A stretch of 63,827 nucleotides of DNA, the filler included, from Octopus bimaculoides (lineage: Eukaryota): the NCBI RefSeq assembly GCF_001194135.2. It is 9 parts of 8 records of this genome, joined end to end, with 100 filler letters (N's around TTAATTAATTAA, not from the genome) between each part and the next. Parts side by side here need not be neighbours in the genome. Positions count along the whole stretch, not along the records: positions 36,416 to 38,933 come from NC_068983.1; positions 39,034 to 41,151 come from NW_026395209.1; positions 41,252 to 47,016 come from NC_068994.1; positions 47,117 to 57,898 come from NC_068999.1; 5 more parts are not named here. The stretch is one strand, 5' to 3'. The notes under the pieces were generated by a model. The model had not been told where the DNA came from, did not search any database, and saw nothing but the letters and a program-made list of their open reading frames with translations. Below, one piece after another: positions 37,790 through 49,235 of the stretch. Each line of letters starts with the position of its first letter. Position 1 is the first letter of the stretch. Position numbers and translations under genes: made by a program.

Positions 37790-38320
37790 AAACACAGCAT
37801 CATAAGCTCATCATTCAACTTCATTCAATGAATTTCCAAACATCTGATCCATCAATTTGCAAGTATCTGGGCCAACAAACATACCTCTAATATTTGCTTC
37901 ACTTAATAAAGGAAAGATAACTCAAGTGGCTACCCCTCAGGGTCCAGTGACTTCACAAAATTTTTGTGAACATTCCAAGTTTAATATGTAGTGATGGTAA
38001 AACAATTAGCTCAGGTGAAACTAGTGGTACATATTCCCTGGTCTTCATTCATGATGTGCAGGCCAATCCTACCAACTGTAGTGCTGATTTCGGCCTTGGC
38101 TGTTCCACAGGCACAAAAAGCAGCAAAACTCCATGTAGCTCTTTCTATTTTAAAAAAACCCTATGATCTTTCCACTTGAAATCATCAAACTTGATTGAGT
38201 AAAGTAACATCTAGATAGTGTTGTTGTATGACTCTTTTGCCTTCCTTGAATAACCCACTGGAATCCCTGGGTTGTCATTTCCAACAGGTAAAAGGATGAC
38301 CTTTAAGTTAGAAATGCTGC
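37790..38320 (-). mobile_element. Degenerate DNA transposase, probably CMC/Chapaev-3-like
   Basis: Minus-strand frames give NLKVILLPVGN..IPVGYS..KESY, CCFLCLWNSQGRNQHY..DWP and LPSLHIKLGM..FVKSLD..LSEANIRGMFVGP. The family name is from recall of this motif set. Confidence 0.75.
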
Positions 38321-38327
38321 CACCAAT

Positions 38328-38690
38328 CATCATCATCATCATCATCATCGTTTAACGTCCGCCTTCCATGCTAGCATGGGTTGGACGATTTGACATATAT
38401 ATATATATGTATATATGTCTGTACGTATTGTCGTCGTCGTTTAACGTCCGCTTTCCATGCTAGCATGGGTTGGAAGATTTGACTGGGGACTGGTGAAACC
38501 AGATGGCTACACCAGGCTCCAATCTGATTTGACAGTGTTTCCACAGCCGGATGCCCTTCCCAAAGCCAACCACTCAGAGAGTGTAGTGGGTGCTTTTACG
38601 TGTCACCCGCACGAAGGCCAGTCAGGCAGTACTGGCAAAGGCCACGCTCATCTCGCTCGAGAAACCTCATGTGTCACCCGCACCCAATGA
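38328..38690. mobile_element. Two adjacent RTE-like 3' tail copies
   Basis: (CAT)nCGTTTAACGTCCGC.TTCCATGCTAGCATGGGTTGGA occurs at about 38345 and 38436. Confidence 0.7.
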
Positions 38691-39033
38691 ATAACCAATA
38701 AGCTGTTTTGACTTCTGAGGAAATTCTCAGAGCCATCATCAAACCAGAAATGTTCTTGCAATAAACCAAACCCAGTTGATTATGTGTGTCAAAAAGGTTA
38801 ACAAATTTCTTCTCTCGGTGCCTGTACACTGTTGTTTTGATTCCTTGGGCTAAGACATCAAATTCTCTGGACAATGTTCCAGTCAGGTAAGTATCATCTT
38901 GGAAAGTCCGAACTTTTGAACAAATGATCCACTNNNNNNNNNNNNNNNNNNNNNNNNNNNNNNNNNNNNNNNNNNNNTTAATTAATTAANNNNNNNNNNN
39001 NNNNNNNNNNNNNNNNNNNNNNNNNNNNNNNNN

Positions 39034-39483
39034 CATACATGGAAGTCCAGATATATGAACAATCTAAATTAAAATATGGCTTGAATATCCACAAATATCT
39101 ACTAGAAAGCTGGAAACGTTACCTAGATGACTACCTAATCCTATGGACGCACACATTTGAACAGCTTTCAGATTTCAAAAACCTAATCAACAGCATAAAT
39201 AATATCAACTTCACCATGGAATACAGTAAAACTCAACTACCATTCCTGAATATACTAATCATCAAAGGAGATAAAAACATCGAAACAGACATTCACTACA
39301 AACAAATTCTAAACAATACCTACTGTTCTCCTCATGCCATTCCAGACACACGAAGATTAACATACTATTTAATCTAGCAAGACGAATCTGCACAATTGTC
39401 TCAAACCCCGAAATTAGCAATAAAAGACTTCAAGAGCTAAAACAAATACTACCTAAAAGACAATATCCATTAATGTTAATAGA
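39034..39483 (+). mobile_element. Penelope-like reverse transcriptase fragment, flanked by gaps
   Basis: WKRYLDDYLILW..INFTMEYSKTQLPFLNILI..IETDIHYK; after a frameshift, QYLLFSSCHSRHTKINILFNLARRICTIVS. Confidence 0.92.
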
Positions 39484-40264
39484 NNNNNNNNNNNNNNNNN
39501 NNNNNNNNNNNNNNNNNNNNNNNNNNNNNNNNNNNNNNNNNNNNNNNNNNNNNNNNNNNNNNNNNNNNNNNNNNNNNNNNNNNNNNNNNNNNNNNNNNNN
39601 NNNNNNNNNNNNNNNNNNNNNNNNNNNNNNNNNNNNNNNNNNNNNNNNNNNNNNNNNNNNNNNNNNNNNNNNNNNNNNNNNNNNNNNNNNNNNNNNNNNN
39701 NNNNNNNNNNNNNNNNNNNNNNNNNNNNNNNNNNNNNNNNNNNNNNNNNNNNNNNNNNNNNNNNNNNNNNNNNNNNNNNNNNNNNNNNNNNNNNNNNNNN
39801 NNNNNNNNNNNNNNNNNNNNNNNNNNNNNNNNNNNNNNNNNNNNNNNNNNNNNNNNNNNNNNNNNNNNNNNNNNNNNNNNNNNNNNNNNNNNNNNNNNNN
39901 NNNNNNNNNNNNNNNNNNNNNNNNNNNNNNNNNNNNNNNNNNNNNNNNNNNNNNNNNNNNNNNNNNNNNNNNNNNNNNNNNNNNNNNNNNNNNNNNNNNN
40001 NNNNNNNNNNNNNNNNNNNNNNNNNNNNNNNNNNNNNNNNNNNNNNNNNNNNNNNNNNNNNNNNNNNNNNNNNNNNNNNNNNNNNNNNNNNNNNNNNNNN
40101 NNNNNNNNNNNNNNNNNNNNNNNNNNNNNNNNNNNNNNNNNNNNNNNNNNNNNNNNNNNNNNNNNNNNNNNNNNNNNNNNNNNNNNNNNNNNNNNNNNNN
40201 NNNNNNNNNNNNNNNNNNNNNNNNNNNNNNNNNNNNNNNNNNNNNNNNNNNNNNNNNNNNNNNN

Positions 40265-40460
40265 AAGAAACGTTAGCACGCCGGGCGAAATGCTTAGCAG
40301 TATTTCGTCTGTCTTTATGTTCTGAGTTCAAATTCCGCCGAGGTCGACTTTGCCTTTCATTCTGTTGGGGTCAATACGTTAAATACCAGTTACGTACTGG
40401 AGTCGATCTAATCGACTGGCCCCCTCCCACAAAATTTCGGGTCTTGTGCCTAGAGTAGAA
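40265..40460 (+). mobile_element. SINE family B
   Basis: AAACGTTAGCACGCCGGGCGAAATGC..GAGTTCAAATTCCGCCGAGG. Confidence 0.88.
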
Positions 40461-40743
40461 AAGAAGATATAACAGTACAAACCCCACTCTGCTTCAACTG
40501 ATGAGGTTTAGCAGTACCGAAATAAATATGTTCGGCGTTGTCATCTTACGGTCAAAGATGAAAGTTTATTAATTTACATTCGAAAACAACTCATCGACTT
40601 AAAAATAAATGACAGTTGATAATTAGAGTCCAGGGTACATAATTAAAAAAAACAATGAACCACAATTATCATGATTTCAATAACTTTGACCAAAGGTTCG
40701 TCTCCATCAGAGTCGAGAAGAGCTAAACTTCGACGACGGCGGC

Positions 40744-40795
<52 letters not shown>

Positions 40796-41253
40796 TCAAA
40801 AGCAATATTGACAACGACGCCTCTATTCCAACCCACCCTAATTGCCAGCCTCTCCTAGTCGCGTCATTATGGCAAAGTGTCATACCCCTTCTAGAAAACT
40901 CTGCGTTAAGCACTTTACCCAATCCCAGATATTCCACCCACTGCATCTCACCCCACGGCCTTCATTGCAACCCTCCATCACCCCCACATGCGTCAACCAG
41001 CTGGGTTGTGTTTGAGTCATAGTAGATACCCCCCACCATTATTACCTTCACGCTTCACATCTCTCCGTTCTGTCAAAGTATGCAGTCTCATTCCTTTCTT
41101 CCCTACCATTTAATTCTCTCTCTCTCTCTTTCTCTTTCATTTCTTCTCTGTNNNNNNNNNNNNNNNNNNNNNNNNNNNNNNNNNNNNNNNNNNNNTTAAT
41201 TAATTAANNNNNNNNNNNNNNNNNNNNNNNNNNNNNNNNNNNNNNNNNNNNTT

Positions 41254-41536
41254 TTAGTATTGATCTAACTCTTTCTTTATTTTTTCTTTCATTTGTGTAT
41301 GTTGTATCCTATCTAGTTCATTGACTCCTAAATACTTGTATGGTTGGCTTTCGTCTAGTTCTCTTATTTCATTGGCTTTATCTAGTGTTATATTGCTACT
41401 TTTAACTAATTTTCCTCTTTTCAGGGTTGCTTTGGCACATTTTTCTAATCCGAATTTCATATCTACTTCCTTGGTAAAGCCATGTACTGTCTGTAGTAAT
41501 GTTTCTAGCTCTCTGTCGTTTTTAGCATATTTAGCA

Positions 41537-41540
<4 letters not shown>
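41254..41540 (-). mobile_element. R4/Dong-like RT C-terminal fragment abutting (TAA)n
   Basis: YAKNDRELETLLQTVHGFTKEVDMKFGLEKCAKATLKRGK..YKYLGV. Confidence 0.85.
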
Positions 41541-41593
<53 letters not shown>

Positions 41594-41859
41594 TTATAAT
41601 TTTTATTCTATCCACCATTCCCTAATAACCTCTTGTGCTACAGTCAATAGTTAATAATGAGCAAATACATAATAGAGGAAACTTACCCAACATGTCATAC
41701 AGTGGGACTGAATCTAAAATCATGTGGTTGTGAAGTATATTTTTTAACTGCACATGTTTGTGCCCACATGTGTGTGTGTGTGTGAGTGTGTTTACATACA
41801 CTCCATGTTGTTGTTTCAGCCATTAACCTGTGTTGTTAGTTTTGAATGTTGAAATTAAA

Positions 41860-41891
41860 TTAAGACCAACTTTCAACTTTCCCTATTTCAG
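41860..41891 (+). promoter_or_regulatory. 3' splice acceptor of the zinc-finger exon
   Basis: Pyrimidine tract CTTTCAACTTTCCCTATTTCAG|GAT GAA ATG; the AG lies 6 nt upstream of the ATG and in frame. Confidence 0.7.
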
Positions 41892-41897
41892 GATGAA

Positions 41898-42617
41898 ATG
41901 GAGAAAACATTAAAGGAGAAAACATTCCAATGTCAGGTGTGTGATGAAACTTTTCCTGAATACAGAGATCTTGAGAAACACGTTTCAGTTCATACTGAGG
42001 TAAAGCCATTCCGATGTGAGGTCTGTGGCCGAATTTTTGACCGTAGTTCTCATCTTCGGAATCATGTAAAGACTCATGTTAACAAAGAATCATTCCAGTG
42101 TGATATCTGCAACAAAACGTTTGCCTGCAGTTCTTGGTTGCAGAGGCATACGAGGAGTCACACAGGAGAGAAACCATTCCAGTGTGAGATTTGTGGTAAA
42201 AAATTTTCAAACAGCTCCCACCTACAGCGTCACATCAGAATACACACAGGTGAGAGACCATTCCAATGTGAGATTTGCAGCAAAAATTTCTCAGACACTT
42301 CACACTTACAGAGGCATATGAAGACGCATACTGATGTGAAGCCTTTCCAATGTGAGTTCTGTGGCAAACACTTTGCTGCCTCTGCCACTCTGAACATTCA
42401 TGTCAAAAGACACATTGGGGGGAAACCATTTCAGTGTAACATTTGTGGCAAACATTTTGGACGTAACTTCCATTTGAAACGACACAAAGCCATTCACACA
42501 GACAAAATTTCCACAAACTGCGAAATATGTGGGAAACACTTCTTGTATAGCTCCAATCTTCAGGAACACATGAGGACTCATTTTAATGAAAAACCTTTTC
42601 CATATGAAACATGGTAA
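41898..42617 (+). CDS. C2H2 (Kruppel-type) zinc-finger protein, 8 tandem fingers, terminal coding exon (exon probably starts at 41892)
   Basis: 239-aa ORF with eight CX2CX3FX5LX2HX3H units and TGEKP-like linkers; no internal stops; non-repetitive AT-rich 3' region with AATAAA at about 42776 and 43162-43190. Confidence 0.96.
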   Translation: MEKTLKEKTFQCQVCDETFPEYRDLEKHVSVHTEVKPFRCEVCGRIFDRSSHLRNHVKTHVNKESFQCDICNKTFACSSWLQRHTRSHTGEKPFQCEICGKKFSNSSHLQRHIRIHTGERPFQCEICSKNFSDTSHLQRHMKTHTDVKPFQCEFCGKHFAASATLNIHVKRHIGGKPFQCNICGKHFGRNFHLKRHKAIHTDKISTNCEICGKHFLYSSNLQEHMRTHFNEKPFPYETW

Positions 42618-44029
42618 AACTCCCACAAAATCTCCCTCTTGACCAGTATGAAATTGACCATAACATATATTCTAACAATGAGAGTCATTGTTAAAATGTG
42701 TGTTTTTTTTTATTTACTTCAGTGAGGGAGACATCTTCAAGTTCTGACAAAAAGAAATCCAACCCTCATAACAGAAATAAAGCAAAATAAATTAGGTTCA
42801 GCTCCACTTGGAACTAGAATTTCAGTGTTTCATCTGCCCTATGTATCTGTAAATATATATTAAAATGTTATAAAGACATCCTATTTGTAACGAGCCTGTC
42901 TTTAACTAAGGATTTATGAAGATTCTGAACAAATAACAGACACAAAATCTTTTAATCTTTAGGGTAAAGGTTATTATGTAGTTTTGTATTTGATATTCTT
43001 GCTTTTGATCAACTTCCTGTATGTGTTTGTCAGGCAGGAGACACACACAAGACTATCATCAAGGTTGGGATAGGACTTAGCATGACAATCACACAAGAGC
43101 TCTCTTAATATTTGATTTTTTTTAATTCATAAATCTGGGATAAGAGGCACTAACTTGTAAAATAAATAAATAAATTATATACAATAAAGTGAAATGAAAT
43201 AAATAGTATCAACACTTCTGATTGTAAAACTGAAATTCTTAATGTAAACTACAACTGGAAATTGTTTTTCATCTGTTGCAAATCTTGAATGACCTCAAAT
43301 TAAAAATTCACACCTTTCTAAGTTTGCCATGTTACTGAATTTTTTCAAGTTTCTTTTTGCACCACATATTCTCTGTTTTCTTCTTGGTTTTTCTTTTGTT
43401 TTCACTATGTAAGTATAGGTTGGGTAGGTATACATTTTCAGATAATTGCTTGTGAATCATTTATTTTATGTTAAATTATTTTCTGCTACTAAATTTTCTT
43501 TACAACGCCACCAACTGAAACAGACAGTGTAAAAGACATCATTTTATGATTAAAACTAGACAAGTTATAATCAAGGACAAAATGCCTGATGAACCCATAG
43601 AATTATTTCCTCCTGGATAGGTTTCCAGTGTATGGCAGCGTATGATTTGACATATAGAACCACTTAAACCTTGTAGTATTGAATGTACCACACAGATAAT
43701 AAAATACCTACAGTTGATCTAAAAATAAAACTCTGAGTATACTGTCCAATGCCACGGCCACTCAGCAAGTTAGGTTTTTCAATTAAGAAATTATTAATGG
43801 TTAATTTTAAACCCATTTGATTGTTTTGCAAAGCAGTTTGTTTGATAAAGTAGGATGCTTTCTCTTTACATTTGCTGCACAAACATTTTACTCCTACAAT
43901 AAGCAGTACATTAATATTTATTTATTTAGGTACATTAATATTTATTTATTTAGGTGATGTTTTAGTGTGGATGTAAGCATATTGTTTGAAGTTAGGCACT
44001 ATTAAGTTGTTTCAGAGAAGATGATGTGG

Positions 44030-44202
44030 TGCCATGCTGGGGCACCACCTCAGAGAATATTTTAGTCAAATGAGTCAACCTCAGTACTTCTTGTTTTAAA
44101 GCCTGGTACTTATTCTATCTGTCTCTTTGATAAATTGCTAAATTACAAGGACATAACACACCAGCATTGGTTGTAAAGCTGTGGTAGGGGACAAAGACAC
44201 AG

Positions 44203-44265
<63 letters not shown>

Positions 44266-44410
44266 GCTTCTTTCAGTTTCCATCTACCAAATCCACTCAC
44301 AAGGCTTTGGTTGGCCCAAGGCTATAGTAGAAGACACTTTCCCAATGTGTCTTGCAATGGGACTGAACTCAGAACCATGTGGTTGGGAAGCAAGCTTGTT
44401 ACCACACAGC
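44030..44410 (-). mobile_element. SINE family A, diverged full copy
   Basis: Tail, middle, (TA)n and head in reverse orientation. Confidence 0.85.
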
Positions 44411-44699
44411 TCTGCCTGTACCTATAGCTTTTTACCACATGTCCATGCCTGTACCTATATGAATATATAATTTTAAATGAAATGTCCATCAAGATGTTAC
44501 TTTAGTTGTGCGTTAACCAATTTTGACATTAATTTCAGCAGCATTCCACTTTTTGATACCTACTTAACAAACGTTTCCCCTACCCAACTGTCCATTTTTT
44601 TTCTGCTTTAAAATACCTAGCTTAAAGGAAAAGGTTTACTCAACCCATACCCATTGCAGGGCCCTTCCAGACGCATGAGATGAACATGGCTGATGTTGT

Positions 44700-45790
44700 T
44701 CTTGAACATCTGTAAGTTGATCGATATTAAAAAAAACATGAGCAATGACAGAATACCATGTGATGTTCTGGGTTAGAAGAAATATGTAAAGATGTCTTGT
44801 AGTTCAAGTGTTTGTTTTTTGCTTACATGACTTTTTCGTTAATTTGTGGCTGGGAAAATGTTTGTAAAAGTTGATTGTCTTGTTGTGCTGATGGAGTTGA
44901 TGTTGGTGCTGATGATTTTGCTGTTTGATTTTGTAATGGATTTTATATTTTATCATCATATCTTATCACCTTCAGTTGGGGTGGACCTCTGTTTATGTTT
45001 GATTCTTCCTCTTACTCCTGACAAAGGCCTTTTGAGGTGACTTCAACATGCCTTCATCTCCTGATGAGGCCTGAGTCAGAAGAAAGAGACAAATGTTGTG
45101 TTTGTTTTAGTGTCTTCACCAACTCTATGAGGGAGGGATACTTTCTCTGGAGTTAGTAGCAATGGTGGAAATCGTTGTGCTTTCTCCACTGGGGCAGAAA
45201 CCTTTGAGGGGAATTGAATTTTCACACATGAAATATTTGGGCTTTTGCTCTCTATTAACATTGACGTCTGCTCGCATTCTCCGAAACTGAAAAATCGGGA
45301 ATGCTAGTGAATTCTTCAGGCACAACCAGTATCTGGAATTCCATACGAATTCCAGTCTTGTTGAGTTTAATGGGGGTGGGCATCCTCTCCACAATCTCAC
45401 CATACCCCTCCAAAATGACTAAAACTCTTGCCAGATTTCTATGAGCCGGCACATGCTTGACATGAATTCAAGTCAACCTCATACCCACATAATGGGGAAT
45501 CCTTATAAAGGACTGGGAAGTGCATGCCATTGTTGTCATTCTTCTGGTTTCTTGTCCGTTGATGCATTTAGCAGCTACCGTCCCATAATGTTTCCCTTTA
45601 TATATGTGTAACACTGAGGGCCACACACCTTCAAAGAATTTTTCAGTTTCTACTGGAATAGGAAAGTTAAGTTTTTCTTGGGAGAAACACACTTATAGAT
45701 TATTGTTTGCCATTCAGAGTTTGTTTTTTTCACTCCTCACTGACATAACTTCAGAGCTTTACCTTGATGACTGTTGTAAAGGATGTTAGC
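44700..45790 (-). mobile_element. Decayed L1/Tx1-like LINE: ORF1 (RRM-like region plus zinc knuckle) and possible start of the APE endonuclease
   Basis: EGYGEIV..KTGIR motif; degenerate CCHC KPK[Y]FMCENSI[P]LKGFCP; downstream KIISTNINSI resembles the APE N-terminal strand. Confidence 0.55.
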
Positions 45791-46618
45791 TCTAGAGTCC
45801 TGGATGGCTGTTTTGGACTATACATTATTGTTTTTCAGTATTCCGAGTTTCACTCATTTTAGGGCTATCCAGGTTTGTAGGGTGAGAGAGTTTGTTATTT
45901 TGTTTGTGTATATGAGACTATATGTGTATGTGTGCATGTATGCATGCATGTATCTGTGTTTTATTCATTTTGAAGGCATTTGAGAATTTGGTGTTAGAGA
46001 TTAGGAGAACTAACCTTGTACTTATTAAAAGTGCAGTGTTACTTGCAGTTAGGAGAAAAGTCTCTCCTTAATGTGGTAAAATAAACTTTGTTATTGTCTA
46101 AAGGGCTCTTGCATATAGTATGCTAAAGCAAGTTACATTTCTTTTCCTCTTTTTAATATTACTCTTTTTTCCTTGTGTGATAATAAGTTTTACAGGAGAT
46201 ATATCCAAGTTATTCTTTGTGGATTTGTTTGAAGATGTGTTGCTAGAATATTCACTTTTAGATATGTTAGAATGGATTATATTATTACTTACTTTACCAT
46301 CTAAGTTGGATTTTTTTTTAATGTTAGTATTACATGTCTTGTAGCTGTTTGATTTAACATTCTTGTATATCTTTTATTTTAATACAGTTTTTAACTCCAT
46401 GTTTAGTTGCATGTTCGCTATCTGGAGATTTATAATTTTCTTTCTTATTTTTTTATAAGTTTCCTGACTATATGGAAAATTATTTGTTTTGTTTTTTGGT
46501 AACATCAGGATTCTATTATATTTATTCGTAGATCTATATTGTTAGTTACATTGGCATTTTTTAAACAATTATATTAAATGCGATTATACTAATATTATCA
46601 CTTATTCATGTATTTGTA

Positions 46619-47274
46619 ACTAGCAGGGATACCCGGTGTTGCCCGTGTTACATGCAATTGAAGAATGAGACTTTTCTGTTATATTTTCTGTAAGGAACTG
46701 GAATACATATGATTCGAATTTCATCAAAATTGCACATGAGGGTTCTTTCCCTCTTTACACACCCTATAAAAATTCTAATCATGAGACATGTATCCCATAC
46801 TATTGATCTTTATGCGCATATTCCAAAATTTCAGTCTTCTGGAATCTATGAAAAGGATATTGCTCCCGAAAAATGGAACTCATGGAGCTCTAAAATGTAG
46901 GAATGAAGGCCCCTATTGGGGGTGGGTGTGTTGAATTGTTGGGAATGTTTTTAACTTGGGTCTTATAGTATGCTTGTATATATGTGAGAGTATAGTCTCA
47001 CTTTAATAGTTTCAGTNNNNNNNNNNNNNNNNNNNNNNNNNNNNNNNNNNNNNNNNNNNNTTAATTAATTAANNNNNNNNNNNNNNNNNNNNNNNNNNNN
47101 NNNNNNNNNNNNNNNNAGAATTTTTTTAGGGTGTGTAAAGAGGGAAAGAACCCTCATGTGCAATTTTGATGAAATTCGAATCATATGTATTCCAGTTCCT
47201 TACAGAAAATATAACAGAAAAGTCTCATTATTCAATTGCATGTAACACGGGCAACGCCGGGTATCTCTGCTAGT
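46619..47274. mobile_element. Foldback element with ~158-bp inverted arms (46619-46776 / 47117-47274), ends ACTAG...CTAGT
   Basis: The arms are reverse complements with a few substitutions; an assembly gap lies between them. Confidence 0.65.
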
Positions 47275-47291
47275 ATATATATATATATATG

Positions 47292-47890
47292 TATCAGATC
47301 ATCCCATAAGTTTTGTCCGAATTTTGAATAAAGAAAACAAATGATCAAATGTTATATTGAATTGAAATTTAATCATCAATGTACTTTCCCTGATTATCTA
47401 TGACTTCCTTCCATCTATTTACAAGCTTTTTAATCCCATCAATGTAAAACTATTTCGGTTTGTGACTTGTGACTGGTGACGAAAAACGGATCTTCTATCG
47501 AAATGTTAAACGTCGTAAACAATGGCTTGGTAAAAGGGGAAAAGCTCAACCACAACCGAGAAGGGAACTTCATGGAAAAAGGTTCTTCTCTCTGTCTGTC
47601 ACTTTGAATTGTTCTCATCTAATGCAACAATCAATGCTCAAGTCTACTGTTAGCAATTAGAACGTTTGAACCAAGCTTTGAATAAAGAAAGAACCGCTTT
47701 AGTGAATCGAAAAGGAGTGATGTTTGCGACCCCACATTGCAAAGATGACATGACAGAGGATCGAAGAGCTTGGTTGGGAAAATTTCCTCATCCACCTTAC
47801 TCTCCCGACCTTGCTCCTTCAAACTACAATTTGTTTCGTAGTTTACAGAATCATTTGGGGGATATAACTTTTGCAAGCCTGGAGGAGGTC
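47292..47890. mobile_element. Rearranged mariner transposon remnant
   Basis: Plus strand 47462-47890: VTGDEKRIFY..HPPYSPDLAPSNYNLFRSLQNHL. Minus strand 47450-47369: FYIDGIKKLVNRWKEVIDNQGKYIDD*, then a TIR-like end at TA 47292. Confidence 0.88.
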
Positions 47891-48033
47891 AGTGTTCTTC
47901 GCTTTTAAACCAAAATTAACAAATTCAACGATGATAAATGTCATTCAAAATATCTAGAATGACAAATATACCACAAAAACCTATTCCAAAAATCAATAAA
48001 TTATATAATCAATAAATAGCAAATAATATTAAA

Positions 48034-48108
48034 AGACTACGCGCGTTTCGTGGCTATATTTTAAAATAAATTTGATTCCATCTAAAAATATAGTCACTCT
48101 TCAGGCCT
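48034..48108 (-). ncRNA. Type I hammerhead ribozyme, intact core, long stem II
   Basis: Minus strand: AGGC CTGAAGA GTGACTATATTTT..AAAATATAGCCAC GAAAC GCGC GTA GTCT. Stem II 13 bp with one mismatch; palindromic ACGCGCGT stem III; GUA triplet. Confidence 0.82.
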
Positions 48109-49160
48109 ATAATAATTATATAAATAATAAAAATAAAAATAAAATAATGAAATCAAACGTAAAACAAAGAACTTAGCGTTTGTATGTCGAAAATATAAAA
48201 ATTATATAATAAATAGATAGAATATGTATTTAATCTGTTAAAATGACAGAATAAGAAAAAGTTAACTGTAGTATATCTTTTAAGAATAGAAGTTTAATTA
48301 ATTCTACTGGCCTTAGTAAATATATATATGGGAACTAAAATCTAAAAATATTAAGTACAATTTAAATTGGGAGATAGTTTGTAAGGCAAAAATCTTATAG
48401 AATAGGTAGTAATTTTTGTTTATTATGTGCTAATGAATTTAAGGAGATATTATTAACTAATAATAAAAAAATTGATTAATTCCCTAGATGAACGTAAAAT
48501 TAAATGTAGACATGAGTTAAATTACTTATATAATAAGTTTAGCTAAGTTGTGTATATATATATAAAAACCCTATTTTATGATACTAATTGTTATAGATTT
48601 AATTTGTAGTAGTTAAATGTGTATATTAGCAGGAGATTATATTGGGTATATTACATATTTAGAATAAGATTAAACTAAGAAGTTTTTTTAAAAATAAATA
48701 AATGAATTAAGGAAAATAGATTAAATTATAGAAATTTAGCTTAACTTATGTCTATTACGTATTTTAGATTTAAATTATTTAGACTTTATAATTTTCCAGT
48801 AAATGATATACTACAGTTAATTTTTTCTTATTCTCACAGCTAAAATACATTTTGTCATTTTAACAGATTAAATACATATTCTATCTATTTATTCAATTAT
48901 TTTTATATTTACGCCATATTATCACGCGATATATTTCTCATAAATGCTAAGTTCTTAGTATTACGTTTGAAATTTTAGTTTAACAGAAATTCTTCGATAA
49001 GATAAGTTATGTTTTCATTTCAAGTAATGTTGTTAAATACTTTTCGATTATTTATTGTGAAAAAGTATTATTCTATATTTATTTGATATTTTACTATAAG
49101 TTTAGATGCGTACATTGATTTTGTTATTGTTATTATTTTTATTATTCTTATGATTATTAT

Positions 49161-49235
49161 AAACCTGAAGGATGACTATATTTTTAGATGGAATCAAATT
49201 TATTTTAAAATATAGCCACGAAACGCGCGTAGTCT
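49161..49235 (+). ncRNA. Paralogous hammerhead copy with mutated core (CTGAAGGA) and weakened stem I
   Basis: Same stems II and III as 48034-48108; the core AG is swapped to GA. Confidence 0.55.

Noticed and set aside
40491-40535. Hammerhead-like CTGATGA-GGT..ACC-GAAA
   Set aside because: Core and stem II are present, but no credible stem III, NUH or stem I follows.
45058-45090. CTGATGAGGC..GTCAGAAG hammerhead-like word
   Set aside because: No GAAA or stem III in register; lies inside a LINE remnant.
46050-46560. Hydrophobic 74-aa ORF or possible LINE fragment
   Set aside because: Composition-driven; the minus-strand similarity to an endonuclease start is too weak to call.
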